Of a stretch of DNA of 64,000 nt, positions 20,867-32,026 are shown piece by piece. The stretch is taken from NCBI GenBank assembly GCA_963668025.2, contig CAXXTH010000011.1:1-64000 (forward strand), given 5' to 3'. The first letter of the stretch is position 1. The number at the start of each line of letters is the position of its first letter. The translations under genes were made by a program, and so were the position numbers. The notes under the pieces were generated by a model that ran no database searches, had not been told where the DNA came from, and worked only from the letters and a program-made list of their open reading frames with translations. Origin of the DNA: Candidatus Hydrogenedentota bacterium (GTDB lineage: Bacteria > Hydrogenedentota > Hydrogenedentia > Hydrogenedentales > SLHB01).

Positions 20867-22619
20867 GCCGCGGATCGCTGCTAACATTGAGCATCATCGT
20901 ATCGCTCGTGCTGCACGGCGTGCTCATCGCCGTGTCGCCCCGCATTTCCCTGCTGAGCCCAATTACCCAAAAAGATGAAGTGCTGCGGACCTTTCGCGTG
21001 AAACTGCTAGATGCGAAGAGCGTCGAGGCCAGGCGGGAAGAAGTTAAAGAAAAGTCGCGGAGCCTTACGACCCGGCCGGGCTCAGTGGAGGAACTCCTGG
21101 CGCGTGAGTCGGAGATGCTGCAACCTGCAAGCGAGGAAAATGAGCCGCTTGCGGCAGTTCCCAGCCTGGATCAACGGCTCGCCGCGGAAGACCGGCTTGA
21201 ACGGGAGCATCATTTTGAAGCGGATTCGGCCATGCTGCAAGCGGTCGATACGAAGATTATCGAGATCGACCGCAGTGCGATGCGTGAAGACATCCAGATC
21301 GCGCGGCGAATCGTCCAGCCAAGTACGGAACGCATACTCGATGCGGATATATTGCCCACCTTGCGCGGCGATATGGAGCTTGATGAACGGGAGATTCTAG
21401 CATTCACGCCTGCGGGCGGCGCTGGCGGCGAAGGAATACTGGGCGGACAAGGCGATACCTCCACACTTCCGCTGCCCGAGCCGGAAGTAGTAGCCCCTGC
21501 TAAACCTAGCGACGCCATACCTCTCCAGCCAGTGGAGCGTGAAGTAGCCACCAGTAACGCGGAGGAGGCGCTTAAGCAAGATGCGCCTAAGTTCCAGTTC
21601 ATGGACGATATGCTGGATATGATCCTGGACACCTATGTGCCGCCAGGTGAAGAAAAAGGGTATTTCCGGCTGCGCATCGTACCCAAAAAAGGGGAAGACA
21701 TCCCTGTCTTGCCCAAGGACGTGACACTTGTCATTGATGCATCCCGGAGTATTCAACAACGCAGGCTAGATGGCTCGGTTCAAGGAGTGAATGCAATCAT
21801 TAATGCGTTGCGCCCGGAAGATCGTTTTAATATCGTGGTGTTCCGCGAGAATCCCTCCTTTTTCCAAGAAGGGCTTGTGCTTGCCTCTCCCGAGGTGAAA
21901 GCCGCCGCGCAGAGCTTCCTCACCGGCATGGAATCCAAAGGCGAAACGGATGTCTATCAAGGCGTGCGCCCCGTGGTGCAAGCGCCGCCGCGCGAGGATG
22001 CCGCAGGTGGTAGTGCTGGTGATTTCGGATGGACGGCCTACCGCAGGCGTGCGTGATGGGCGAACCATTATCAACGCCCTCACCAGTGAAAACCAGCTTC
22101 GCAACGCTATTTTCGCCTTCGGCGGCGGCAAGACCGCCAATCGCCCATTGCTCGATCTACTGGCGTACCGCAATAAGGGCGAAGCGTATATATCGCCCAG
22201 CACGGACCGCATTAACACGGATCTTCCCGGCTTTTTCGACCGGGTGAGCGACCCCATTCTTGTGGACTGCAACGCCCGGTTTGGCCGCATCGACGAAAAA
22301 AGCGTATTCCCCCAGTGATATTCCGGATTTCTACAAAGGCCTGGCCGTCACGCTTTACGGCCGTTTTGATCCCGCTACAGACAAGCTGTTCGCGTTCCGC
22401 CTTACCGGCCGCGCGGCCGATAAAAAGAAGGAAGTCATTTTCGCGAAAGACTTTAGCGAAGCCGAAAAAGGCACTGAAGACATCGCCCGGAAATGGGCGT
22501 TCGCCAAGATTTACCACCTGATTGGCGAAACGACGCGCCTGGGGGAGACCCCGGAACTCCAGGCGGAAATCCGCGGTTTAAGCAAGCAATTCGGCATCCA
22601 AACCAGTTATGATGAATAA
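20863..22619 (+). CDS. Membrane-anchored vWA-domain protein with a TonB/TolA-like anchor, split by extra bases near 21995 and 22313
   Basis: TM with SLVLH; Pro-rich linker; MIDAS DASRS..GETD..ISDG; three ORFs (20863, 21950, 22260) each in the next +1 frame. Confidence 0.75.
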
Positions 22620-22769
22620 GTGCGCCATGGTTCCTTCTGAACGCTATTTTGTGGTACCCTTTGTATCATGTTTATTTGCGGATTGGATGTTTTCGGCGTT
22701 TCATATTAGCGGATGGAGGCGCGGTATTCCTGGCAGCCGGAACGCGCTTTTTCATGATGGGGATTCGGC

Positions 22770-23261
22770 ATGACGAGGCTGAAAGCAGAATATGTCAATC
22801 CATTCCTGGAAAGTGTATATCATTTCTATTCTACTATGATGTCATGCAAGGTGCGCCGGGGCGCGCCGGGCTTGTCCGACGGCAGCAAACGTCCCCGCGA
22901 AGTGATGACATTGATCGGCCTGAGCGGCCCTGTACGCGGCACCGTAGCGTTATCTTTCCCCATCGAAACCGCCCTTGCCATGGCCGGCAAGCTTCTCATG
23001 ACGGAAATGCCGGAATTCGATGAAACCGTCTCGGACGCCATTTCCGAGATCGTCAATATCGTGGCCGGTGGCGCTAAAGCGAAAATCTCCGAGCATGTGG
23101 GCTCGACTCTCGACCTCACCCTGCCCACCATCATCCATGGCGATGAATACCGTGTCTTTTCTCCATCCCGCGCCCTCTGGCTCGAAGTGCCCTTCAGCAG
23201 CGAATTGGGGGCATTCACTCTCCGAGTCACCTTCGATATTGCCCTGAACACTACACACTAG
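22770..23261 (+). CDS. cheX: CheX-family phosphatase
   Basis: YVNPFLES, IGLSG, SEIVNIVAG (E-x2-N) and LPTII motifs. Confidence 0.85.
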   Translation: MTRLKAEYVNPFLESVYHFYSTMMSCKVRRGAPGLSDGSKRPREVMTLIGLSGPVRGTVALSFPIETALAMAGKLLMTEMPEFDETVSDAISEIVNIVAGGAKAKISEHVGSTLDLTLPTIIHGDEYRVFSPSRALWLEVPFSSELGAFTLRVTFDIALNTTH

Positions 23262-23324
23262 GGATGCATATACATGCATTGATTTTTTCTGGAATTCCTT
23301 TATCCAATAAGTGTAAGATAATAC

Positions 23325-23445
23325 ATACGCCTTCGGGGCAGGGTGCAATCCCCGACCGGCGGTAAAAGCCCGCGAGCGCCTTTTTTGGTGCTGATCCGGT
23401 GGAATTCCGGGGCCGACGGTTAGAGTCCGGATGATAGAAGGTGTG
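23325..23445 (+). ncRNA. FMN riboswitch (RFN element)
   Basis: CTTCGGGGCAGGGTGCAATCCCGACCGGCGGT..AGCCCGCGA..GATCCGGTGGAATTCCGGGGCCGACGGT..AGTCCGGATG..AGAAG, upstream of ribD. Confidence 0.95.
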
Positions 23446-23470
23446 GCGCAACTGTTTGTTGCATGCTCTG

Positions 23471-23504
23471 TCCCGAAAGCATACCTGTTTTCGGGGCTTT
23501 TTTT
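23471..23504 (+). terminator. Riboswitch expression-platform hairpin with U-tract
   Basis: TCCCGAAAGCA..TGTTTTCGGGG followed by a T run directly before the ribD ATG. Confidence 0.65.
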
Positions 23505-24587
23505 ATGCATGTCGATGAAACTTATATGCGGCGCGCCCTCGAGCTGGCGGCTCGCGGGCGAGGGCGGACCAGCCCGAATCCGATGGTCGGGTGCGTGATC
23601 GTGCGCGATGGCGCTGTGATTGGCGAGGGCTTCCATGCAAAAGCCGGGGAGCCGCACGCCGAGGTGAACGCCGTGCGCGCGGCGGGCCGCGACATCACGG
23701 GCGCAACCGTTTATGTGTCTCTCGAGCCATGCTGCCACGAAGGCCGCACGCCTCCCTGTACGGATCTCCTGATTCAACACCATCCTGCCCGCGTCGTGGT
23801 GGCCATGCATGACCCGAATCCAAAAGTGGCCGGACAGGGCATCTTCTTGTTGCGCGCCGCAGGCATCGAGGTCGAAGCAGGCCTGCTGGAAAATGAAGCG
23901 CGGCAGCTTAATGAAGTCTTCATCAAGTACATCACCACGGGCATGCCGTTTGTCATTGGCAAATGCGGCATGACGCTCGATGGCAAGATCGCCACGCGAG
24001 CGGGCGACTCGAAATGGGTGACATGCGAGGCGTCGCGCCGCATGGTGCATGAGCTGCGCAACGAGGTGGACGCTATTCTCGTGGGCAGCCGCACGGTGAT
24101 GCTTGATGATCCGAGCCTTACGACGCGCCTGGATGCGGGAAAGACCAAAGATCCCGTGCGGGTTATCGTCGATGCGGATGATTATCTGGATTCCGGGCGG
24201 CGCGTGTTCCACATCGAGAGCGCCGCGCCCACCTGGGTGGTGATTCCGGAAGGGCGCACGTTTCACGGGGCGGATGAGGTGCTGCATGTGCCCGCCGCAC
24301 CGGGCGGGGTTAATATGCGCGTGCTCATGCAACAGCTTGCGTCGCGCGAGATCACATCCGTCCTTATCGAGGGCGGCGGCACGACCCACGCCAGCGCGTT
24401 TGAGGCGGGCATCGTCGATAAAATCCTGTTCTTCGTAGCTCCCAAGATCATTGGCGGGCGCGATGCGGTCACGGCGGTCGAGGGCGAGGGCGCTGAGAAG
24501 ATGAATGAAGCCATCTTGCTGGAGCGCATGGCGGCGCGTCCGGTGGGAGAAGATATCTTGATTGAGGCGTATGTAAAGAAGATTTGA
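23505..24587 (+). CDS. ribD: Riboflavin biosynthesis deaminase/reductase
   Basis: PNPMVG, HAE, LEPCCH..TPPC, TLDGKIA and IEGG motifs. Confidence 0.96.
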   Translation: MHVDETYMRRALELAARGRGRTSPNPMVGCVIVRDGAVIGEGFHAKAGEPHAEVNAVRAAGRDITGATVYVSLEPCCHEGRTPPCTDLLIQHHPARVVVAMHDPNPKVAGQGIFLLRAAGIEVEAGLLENEARQLNEVFIKYITTGMPFVIGKCGMTLDGKIATRAGDSKWVTCEASRRMVHELRNEVDAILVGSRTVMLDDPSLTTRLDAGKTKDPVRVIVDADDYLDSGRRVFHIESAAPTWVVIPEGRTFHGADEVLHVPAAPGGVNMRVLMQQLASREITSVLIEGGGTTHASAFEAGIVDKILFFVAPKIIGGRDAVTAVEGEGAEKMNEAILLERMAARPVGEDILIEAYVKKI

Positions 24588-24588
24588 G

Positions 24589-24645
24589 CAGGGTGGGGTT
24601 TGCCCCGCCATTTCCAGGTAGAAGGTGGGGCAAGCCCCACTCTAC
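24589..24645. repeat. Inverted doublet of GTAG-type REPs (REPIN-like)
   Basis: CAGGGTGGGGTTTGCCCCGCC, spacer, GGTGGGGCAAGCCCCACTCTAC. Confidence 0.75.
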
Positions 24646-24660
24646 GGCAAAAAGGCAAGC

Positions 24661-25290
24661 ATGTTTACAGGGATTATCGAAGAAGCCGGTGCGGTATCGC
24701 GCCGCTCGGGCGCGGACTTGGCCATTATGGCCCACGTCGTCCTCGGTGATTTGAAAGAGGGCGACAGCGTGGCGGTCAACGGCGTATGCCTGACGGCGGT
24801 GGCCGTCGAGCATGACCGGTTCGTCGTGCAAATGTCTCCCGAGACGCTCGAACGCACGACCCTCGCCAAGCTGCGCGTGGGCGATGTGGTGAATCTCGAA
24901 CGCGCCATGGCGGCGGGCGGGCGGTTTGGCGGACATTTCGTGCAAGGCCATGTCGACGGCGTTGGGCGGGTCCACTCGGTGCAGCCTCAAGGCGAGTTCG
25001 CGTTGTGGCGCTTTCAAGCCCCGGCTGAAGTGGCGCGTTATCTCGTGCCCAAAGGGTCCGTAGCGGTGGATGGAATTAGCCTCACTGTTGTTGAGCAGAT
25101 GGGGGACGTTTTCGGCGTCGCGGTGATTCCGGCGACTATCCAGAACACGACACTGGCCAGCAAGCGGCCGGGAGATTCCGTGAATCTCGAAGCGGATCTG
25201 ATCGGCAAGCATATTTACCATTATGTAACCCGTGGAAAAGAAGGAGGCCTTACGCTCGATTTCCTCACACGCCATGGGTTCGCAGGTTAG
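24661..25290 (+). CDS. ribE: Riboflavin synthase alpha chain
   Basis: MFTGII start; GDSVAVNGVCLT, GGHFVQGHVDG, KGSVAVDGISLT. Confidence 0.96.
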   Translation: MFTGIIEEAGAVSRRSGADLAIMAHVVLGDLKEGDSVAVNGVCLTAVAVEHDRFVVQMSPETLERTTLAKLRVGDVVNLERAMAAGGRFGGHFVQGHVDGVGRVHSVQPQGEFALWRFQAPAEVARYLVPKGSVAVDGISLTVVEQMGDVFGVAVIPATIQNTTLASKRPGDSVNLEADLIGKHIYHYVTRGKEGGLTLDFLTRHGFAG

Positions 25291-25299
25291 GAGCATCAT

Positions 25300-26493
25300 A
25301 TGTTTTCACCTATTCCAGAAGTGCTAGAAGAATTGCGCGCGGGGCGCATGGTGATCCTGGTGGACGACGAAGACCGGGAAAACGAGGGCGATCTCGTCAT
25401 CGCCGCGGAAAAAGTAACGCCTGAAGCGATCAACTTCATGGCTAAGTACGCCCGGGGCTTGGTCTGTCTTGCCCTTACGCCGGAGCGGATGGATGCGTTG
25501 CGCCTGCCGCCCATGACGCAGAATAACCGCTCCTCGTTCAACACGGCTTTCCATGTATCCATCGAAGCTGCTAAAGGAGTTACGACGGGCATCAGCGCAT
25601 ATGACCGCGCCCATACGATTAAAGTGTCTATTGATCTCCAAACCACGCCGGACGACCTTGTCCAACCAGGCCATGTGTTTCCGCTGCAGGCGCGTCCGGG
25701 TGGCGTTCTTGTGCGGGCAGGGCAAACGGAAGGGTCCGTGGATTTATGCCGCATGGCGGGGCTGTATCCCGCCGGCGTGATTTGCGAGGTCATGGATGAA
25801 GACGGCACGATGGCGCGTCTGCCGAAACTCGAGGAATTCTCCGCCGAGCATGGCGTGAAGATCTGCTCCGTGGCGAGCATCATTCAATACCGGCGGGAGC
25901 ATGAATGCATGGTGCGCCGCAGCGCCGAGACCACCTTGCCCCTTGATTATGGCGAATTCGGCCTGCTCGTTTACGAGACCGATATAGACGACAGCCATCA
26001 CCTCGCCCTGGTATATGGCGATGTGGCTAATGCGGACAATGTCCTCGTGCGCGTGCATAGCGAATGCCTCACAGGCGATGTATTCGGGTCACACCGGTGC
26101 GATTGCGGCCAGCAGCTCGATAAGGCGCTGGAAATGATCGCCGAGGAAGGCTGCGGCGTGCTGGTCTACATGCGGCAGGAAGGGCGCGGCATTGGGCTGG
26201 TGAACAAGATTCGCGCGTATGCCCTTCAGGACCATGGCATGGACACCGTGGAAGCGAATATTCATCTTGGCTTCCAGCCTGATCCGCGTGAATACGGCAT
26301 GGGTGCGCAGATTCTGGCCGATCTGGGGGTGAAACGCATGCGCCTGCTGACGAACAACCCCAATAAGCGGGTGGGCCTGGAAGCCTATGGGCTTGTCGTC
26401 ACCGAGCGTGTGCCCATTATCATCCCGCCCAATGAATACAACGAGCGGTATATCCGCACCAAGAAGGAGAAATTGGGGCATTTGTTCGCGTGA
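25300..26493 (+). CDS. ribBA: Bifunctional DHBP synthase / GTP cyclohydrolase II
   Basis: DDEDRENEGD, PGHVFPL, RVHSECLTGD..RCDC and QEGRGIGL motifs. Confidence 0.97.
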   Translation: MFSPIPEVLEELRAGRMVILVDDEDRENEGDLVIAAEKVTPEAINFMAKYARGLVCLALTPERMDALRLPPMTQNNRSSFNTAFHVSIEAAKGVTTGISAYDRAHTIKVSIDLQTTPDDLVQPGHVFPLQARPGGVLVRAGQTEGSVDLCRMAGLYPAGVICEVMDEDGTMARLPKLEEFSAEHGVKICSVASIIQYRREHECMVRRSAETTLPLDYGEFGLLVYETDIDDSHHLALVYGDVANADNVLVRVHSECLTGDVFGSHRCDCGQQLDKALEMIAEEGCGVLVYMRQEGRGIGLVNKIRAYALQDHGMDTVEANIHLGFQPDPREYGMGAQILADLGVKRMRLLTNNPNKRVGLEAYGLVVTERVPIIIPPNEYNERYIRTKKEKLGHLFA

Positions 26494-26554
26494 TGAATAA
26501 TGGATGTACCCTTTGTGCATTTTGTAGCAAATATTTCAGGAAAGGAAAAATGGC

Positions 26555-27019
26555 ATGCCTACGATAGTGCAAGGCAACCTGATATCCCAAGGAAAGAAGT
26601 ACGGCATTGTCGCCGCCCGTTTCAACGAGTTTATCTCGTCGAAACTCTTAGGCGGTGCGCTGGACGCCCTCGAGCGCCACGGTGTGAAGGATGATGAAAT
26701 CACCGTAGCATGGACGCCGGGCTCGTATGAAATCCCGCTGGTGGCCAAGAAGATGGCTCTTTCGGGCAAATACGATGCTATTATCGCCCTCGGCGCGGTG
26801 ATCCGGGGCAACACGCCGCACTTTGATTATGTGGCCGCCGAAGCCGCCAAAGGCGTGGCCATGGCGGGATTGGAATCGGGCAAGCCGGTGATTTTCGGCA
26901 TCCTGACCACGGACACCATCGAGCAGGCCGTCGAGCGTGCGGGCACGAAAGCCGGAAATAAAGGTTTCGACGCCGCTGTGTCGGCCATTGAAATGGCGAA
27001 CCTGATGGAGCAGCTATAA
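26555..27019 (+). CDS. ribH: 6,7-dimethyl-8-ribityllumazine synthase
   Basis: [38 protein letters not shown]. Confidence 0.97.
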   Translation: MPTIVQGNLISQGKKYGIVAARFNEFISSKLLGGALDALERHGVKDDEITVAWTPGSYEIPLVAKKMALSGKYDAIIALGAVIRGNTPHFDYVAAEAAKGVAMAGLESGKPVIFGILTTDTIEQAVERAGTKAGNKGFDAAVSAIEMANLMEQL

Positions 27020-27020
27020 C

Positions 27021-27503
27021 GTGGCGCAACAAGGCTCGAACACCCATGATCCGCAGACGCGGCGGCGCGCCCGCGAACGGGCAGTCCAGTTTCTATTTGG
27101 CCTGGATTTCACATTGTATGAATGGGAATCCGCTATCGAGGATTTCTGGGCGGAAAACCCGTCGAAGCCCGGTGTGCGCCAGTATGCGGATTATCTGATC
27201 GAGGGCGTCATCGACCACAGGGAAGCGCTCGATACGGAGATCGCCGCCTCGCTCGATAACTGGAATCCAGACCGCGTGGGCCGCATCGAGCGGAACATTA
27301 TCCGCATAGCGTTATTCGAGATCCGATATGGTTTGAATATGCCGCCTAATGTGGCGATCAACGAAGCAATTGAGGTGGCGAAACGGTATGGCGCGGATGA
27401 AGCGCCCCGGTTTGTGAACGGCGTGCTCGACCGTCTGCGCAAAGGTCGAGGCGCTCAAACATCAGAAAAGGATGAAGACGAGTTGGGAATGGACGCGCCT
27501 TGA
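27021..27503 (+). CDS. nusB: Transcription antitermination factor NusB
   Basis: RRRARE, VAINEAIEVAK, FVNGVLD; follows ribH. Confidence 0.95.
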   Translation: MAQQGSNTHDPQTRRRARERAVQFLFGLDFTLYEWESAIEDFWAENPSKPGVRQYADYLIEGVIDHREALDTEIAASLDNWNPDRVGRIERNIIRIALFEIRYGLNMPPNVAINEAIEVAKRYGADEAPRFVNGVLDRLRKGRGAQTSEKDEDELGMDAP

Positions 27504-28363
27504 GCCTATATGCCGATCTGCACCTGCACACACGGTTTTCTGACGGCACGTATGCCCCGGAAGAAGTCGCGCGGCAGGCCGCTGCCCTGGGTTTTAGCGC
27601 CATCGCCGTGACAGACCATGACACCGTGAATGGCGTAGCCGCCACGGAAGCGGCATGCGCGGCGCAAGGGCTGAGCTTCTTGCATGGCGTCGAGATCAGC
27701 GCCCAATTTGACCGGATGGAAGTGCATATCACCGGCCTGGGCATACGGCTGGATTGCCCGCATCTGATGGAATGCCTTGGCCGGTTGCGCCGTGGCCGGC
27801 TCGAGCGGGGCCGCCTCATCATCGAGCGGCTCAAAGCCGAAGGTGTAACGCTCGATGTGTTTTCGATGGATGCGCGGATGGAAAGCGAGGGCGCGTTGGG
27901 CCGCATGCACATTGCCCGGGCGCTTGCCCAGCAAGGCTACGCTAAGACGGTCCAGCAGGCGTTTGATAAGTTTTTGAATCCTGGACGCCGCGCCTATGTG
28001 CCGAAAGCGCGGATGGAATGCGTCGCGGCCATCGAAGCCATTCATGCGGCAGGAGGCCTTGCGTTCTTGGCGCATCCTGGAATCGGCACGGTGTATAAAA
28101 GTCTTGCACGCATTCTGCGGCATTCCTTTGATGGAATTGAAGCGTATCATAGCAAGCATTCACCTGGGCAAACCGAAGAGTTTCTGGAGCTGGCGCGTGA
28201 ACGGAATTGCCTGGTGGCTGGCGGCTCCGACTGCCATGGCCATGCAAAAGGCGTAACGCCTGAAATGGGCAAGGTGCATGTGCCCATCGTTTATATCGAA
28301 CGGATTCAAGAGGCCTTGGCTGCCCGTGGGGCGGGGGCCGTTGACAATCAGGAACGAGCGTGA
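27500..28363 (+). CDS. PHP-domain phosphoesterase (TrpH/YciV-like)
   Basis: DLHLHT..SDG, TDHD, GVEIS, LAHP and GGSDCHG motifs. Confidence 0.9.
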   Translation: MSLYADLHLHTRFSDGTYAPEEVARQAAALGFSAIAVTDHDTVNGVAATEAACAAQGLSFLHGVEISAQFDRMEVHITGLGIRLDCPHLMECLGRLRRGRLERGRLIIERLKAEGVTLDVFSMDARMESEGALGRMHIARALAQQGYAKTVQQAFDKFLNPGRRAYVPKARMECVAAIEAIHAAGGLAFLAHPGIGTVYKSLARILRHSFDGIEAYHSKHSPGQTEEFLELARERNCLVAGGSDCHGHAKGVTPEMGKVHVPIVYIERIQEALAARGAGAVDNQERA

Positions 28364-28483
28364 TACCGTTTGCCCATATCTTCTGTATGGGCCTGCGCAC
28401 TGCCGGGAGAAGCCTATTTCCTCCAGAAGCATGCGCTGGACTCTATCCGCGCCGTTCATTTTCTTCTGCGAATCGGCCTGTGA

Positions 28484-30238
<1,755 letters not shown>

Positions 30239-30273
30239 TACGGTTGATTCGGGCGTTTCTGAGGAGCTTGTGT

Positions 30274-30621
30274 ATGAGCCTATTTTCATCCAATGGCGTG
30301 ATGGAGTGTTCTTCAGTGGAGCTTGCCCAGATGCGCGGGGCGGGCGAGGATTTTCTTTTGCTGGATGTGCGGACAGGGGGTGAATACGCCGCCGCCCATA
30401 TCGAGCCGTCACTGCTCATACCACTCCAGGAACTCGATAAGCGCATGACGGAGCTGGAAGCGTGGCGCGAGCGCTCAATTGTGGTGATGTGCCACTCCGG
30501 CGCGCGCTCTCGTTCTGCTTGCGCGCAACTGGCGAAGGCAGGTTTCACCAACGTGCGCAGTTTATCCGGGGGCCTGTCCGCTTACATGAACACCGGACAG
30601 GAAGGCATTATCCGGGCGTAA
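30274..30621 (+). CDS. Single-domain rhodanese-like protein
   Basis: LLDVR..EY..HI; active-site loop CHSGARS; RBS GAGGAG. Confidence 0.88.
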   Translation: MSLFSSNGVMECSSVELAQMRGAGEDFLLLDVRTGGEYAAAHIEPSLLIPLQELDKRMTELEAWRERSIVVMCHSGARSRSACAQLAKAGFTNVRSLSGGLSAYMNTGQEGIIRA

Positions 30622-30649
30622 CGCCCCCAGCAAATACGGACTGCATGGC

Positions 30650-31639
30650 ATGCGAATCGGAACCATCGAACTCGATACGCCGCTGGCCCTCGCGCCCATG
30701 GAGGATGTGACGGATCTGCCCTTCCGCCTGATCTGTAAAGAACTGGGAGCGGATCTGCTCTACACGGAATTTGCCAGCAGCGAGGCCTTGATCCGCGACG
30801 CGGAGAAGACGCTTCGCAAAATCCAAGTGTCCGACGCTGAACGCCCCGTGGCGGTGCAAATTTTCGGCGGCGTCGAAACGTCCATGTCAGAGGCCGCCGC
30901 CGTGGCGGAGCGCGCCAGGCCGGATTTCATTGATATCAACTGCGGCTGTTGGGTTAGAAAAGTGGCCCTGCGCGATGCGGGGGCCGGGCTGCTCCGGGAT
31001 ATCCATCGCTTCGAAGCCATCGTCCGCTCCGTCATGCAAGGCACGAGCCTGCCCGTTACCGTTAAGACGCGGCTGGGCTGGGATCCGAAAAGCATCGTGA
31101 TTCTTGACGTAGCGCGCATGCTCGAACAGTGCGGCGTGCAAGCGCTGACGGTTCACTGCCGCACGCGCGAGCAGGCCCATCGCGGCGGCGCGGACTGGCA
31201 TTGGCTCGAACGCCTGAAGGGTGCGGTGTCCATGCCCATTCTGGGCAATGGCGATGTGAACACCCCCGAGGATGTGAAGCGCATGCTCGAAACGGGATGC
31301 GACGGCGTAATGATTGGCCGTAGCGCCATCCATAATCCCTGGATTTTCCGTGAAGCCAAGCATTATCTCGCCACCGGTGAATCTCTTCCACCACCCGCGC
31401 CCGTTGCACGTATCGAGATGTGTATCAAGCATCTCCGCCTTTCCGTCGAGTATAAAGGAGAGCGCAAAGGCGTCATCGAATTCCGGAAGCACTATTCGGG
31501 CTATTTGCATAGCCTGCCGCGCGCGGCGAAAGTGCGGGGAGAACTGAATCAGTACACAGAGATTGCCCCGGTGCTGGAACGGCTGGAAGCCTATGCTGGG
31601 GAATGTAAGGACGGCGCGGCTGGCTGGGCAATCGCATAA
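30650..31639 (+). CDS. dusB: tRNA-dihydrouridine synthase (DusB-like)
   Basis: LAPMEDVTD, IDINCGC, TVKTRLGW, GNGDV and GVMIGR motifs. Confidence 0.9.
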   Translation: MRIGTIELDTPLALAPMEDVTDLPFRLICKELGADLLYTEFASSEALIRDAEKTLRKIQVSDAERPVAVQIFGGVETSMSEAAAVAERARPDFIDINCGCWVRKVALRDAGAGLLRDIHRFEAIVRSVMQGTSLPVTVKTRLGWDPKSIVILDVARMLEQCGVQALTVHCRTREQAHRGGADWHWLERLKGAVSMPILGNGDVNTPEDVKRMLETGCDGVMIGRSAIHNPWIFREAKHYLATGESLPPPAPVARIEMCIKHLRLSVEYKGERKGVIEFRKHYSGYLHSLPRAAKVRGELNQYTEIAPVLERLEAYAGECKDGAAGWAIA

Positions 31640-31648
31640 ATACCAATA

Positions 31649-31712
31649 GCCACAAAAAGCGCAAGAAACACAAGGGGGAATGGATTTTTGAGTCTTTTGC
31701 GCCTCTTGTGGC
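31649..31712. repeat. Imperfect palindromic repeat, same family as 12686-12744
   Basis: GCCACAAAAAGCGCAAGAAACACAAG..TTTTGCGCCTCTTGTGGC just after the dusB stop. Confidence 0.75.
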
Positions 31713-31792
31713 AAATAAAAGGCGATAGTTCCAGATGGCGTGGCGGCTGCGTGATAGATTGCGCCAGTGTTAGGAAGAGAGTTCGTAGAAGC

Positions 31793-31984
31793 ATGAATAT
31801 TGTAGAGCTATTGGTTTTTATCTTGATTATATGGGGCGGCGTTTATGGCGCAAAGCTCGGTAATTCATTTTTCGGCATCATTGGGGGAATTGTTGGGGCT
31901 ATTCTGGGTGGCGCGGTGGTTGTTTTTCTGATATGGATTTCGCTCAGGATTATCTGGTATTCGGATATAAAAAAGAAGCAATAA
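31793..31984 (+). CDS. 63-aa glycine-rich two-TM membrane protein
   Basis: Two hydrophobic stretches, GxxxG-type series GIIGGIVGAILGG, basic C-terminal tail. Confidence 0.55.
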   Translation: MNIVELLVFILIIWGGVYGAKLGNSFFGIIGGIVGAILGGAVVVFLIWISLRIIWYSDIKKKQ

Positions 31985-32026
31985 GAGTTATTTGTGTTTA
32001 GCGCCCACGCCACATAGGGAGGTTAT

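Noticed and set aside
22950-24611. 553-aa minus-strand ORF and similar long antisense ORFs (e.g. 38455-39465, 48110-49063, 28976-29851)
   Set aside because: Shadows of well-supported genes on the opposite strand in GC-rich DNA, with no recognisable motifs.
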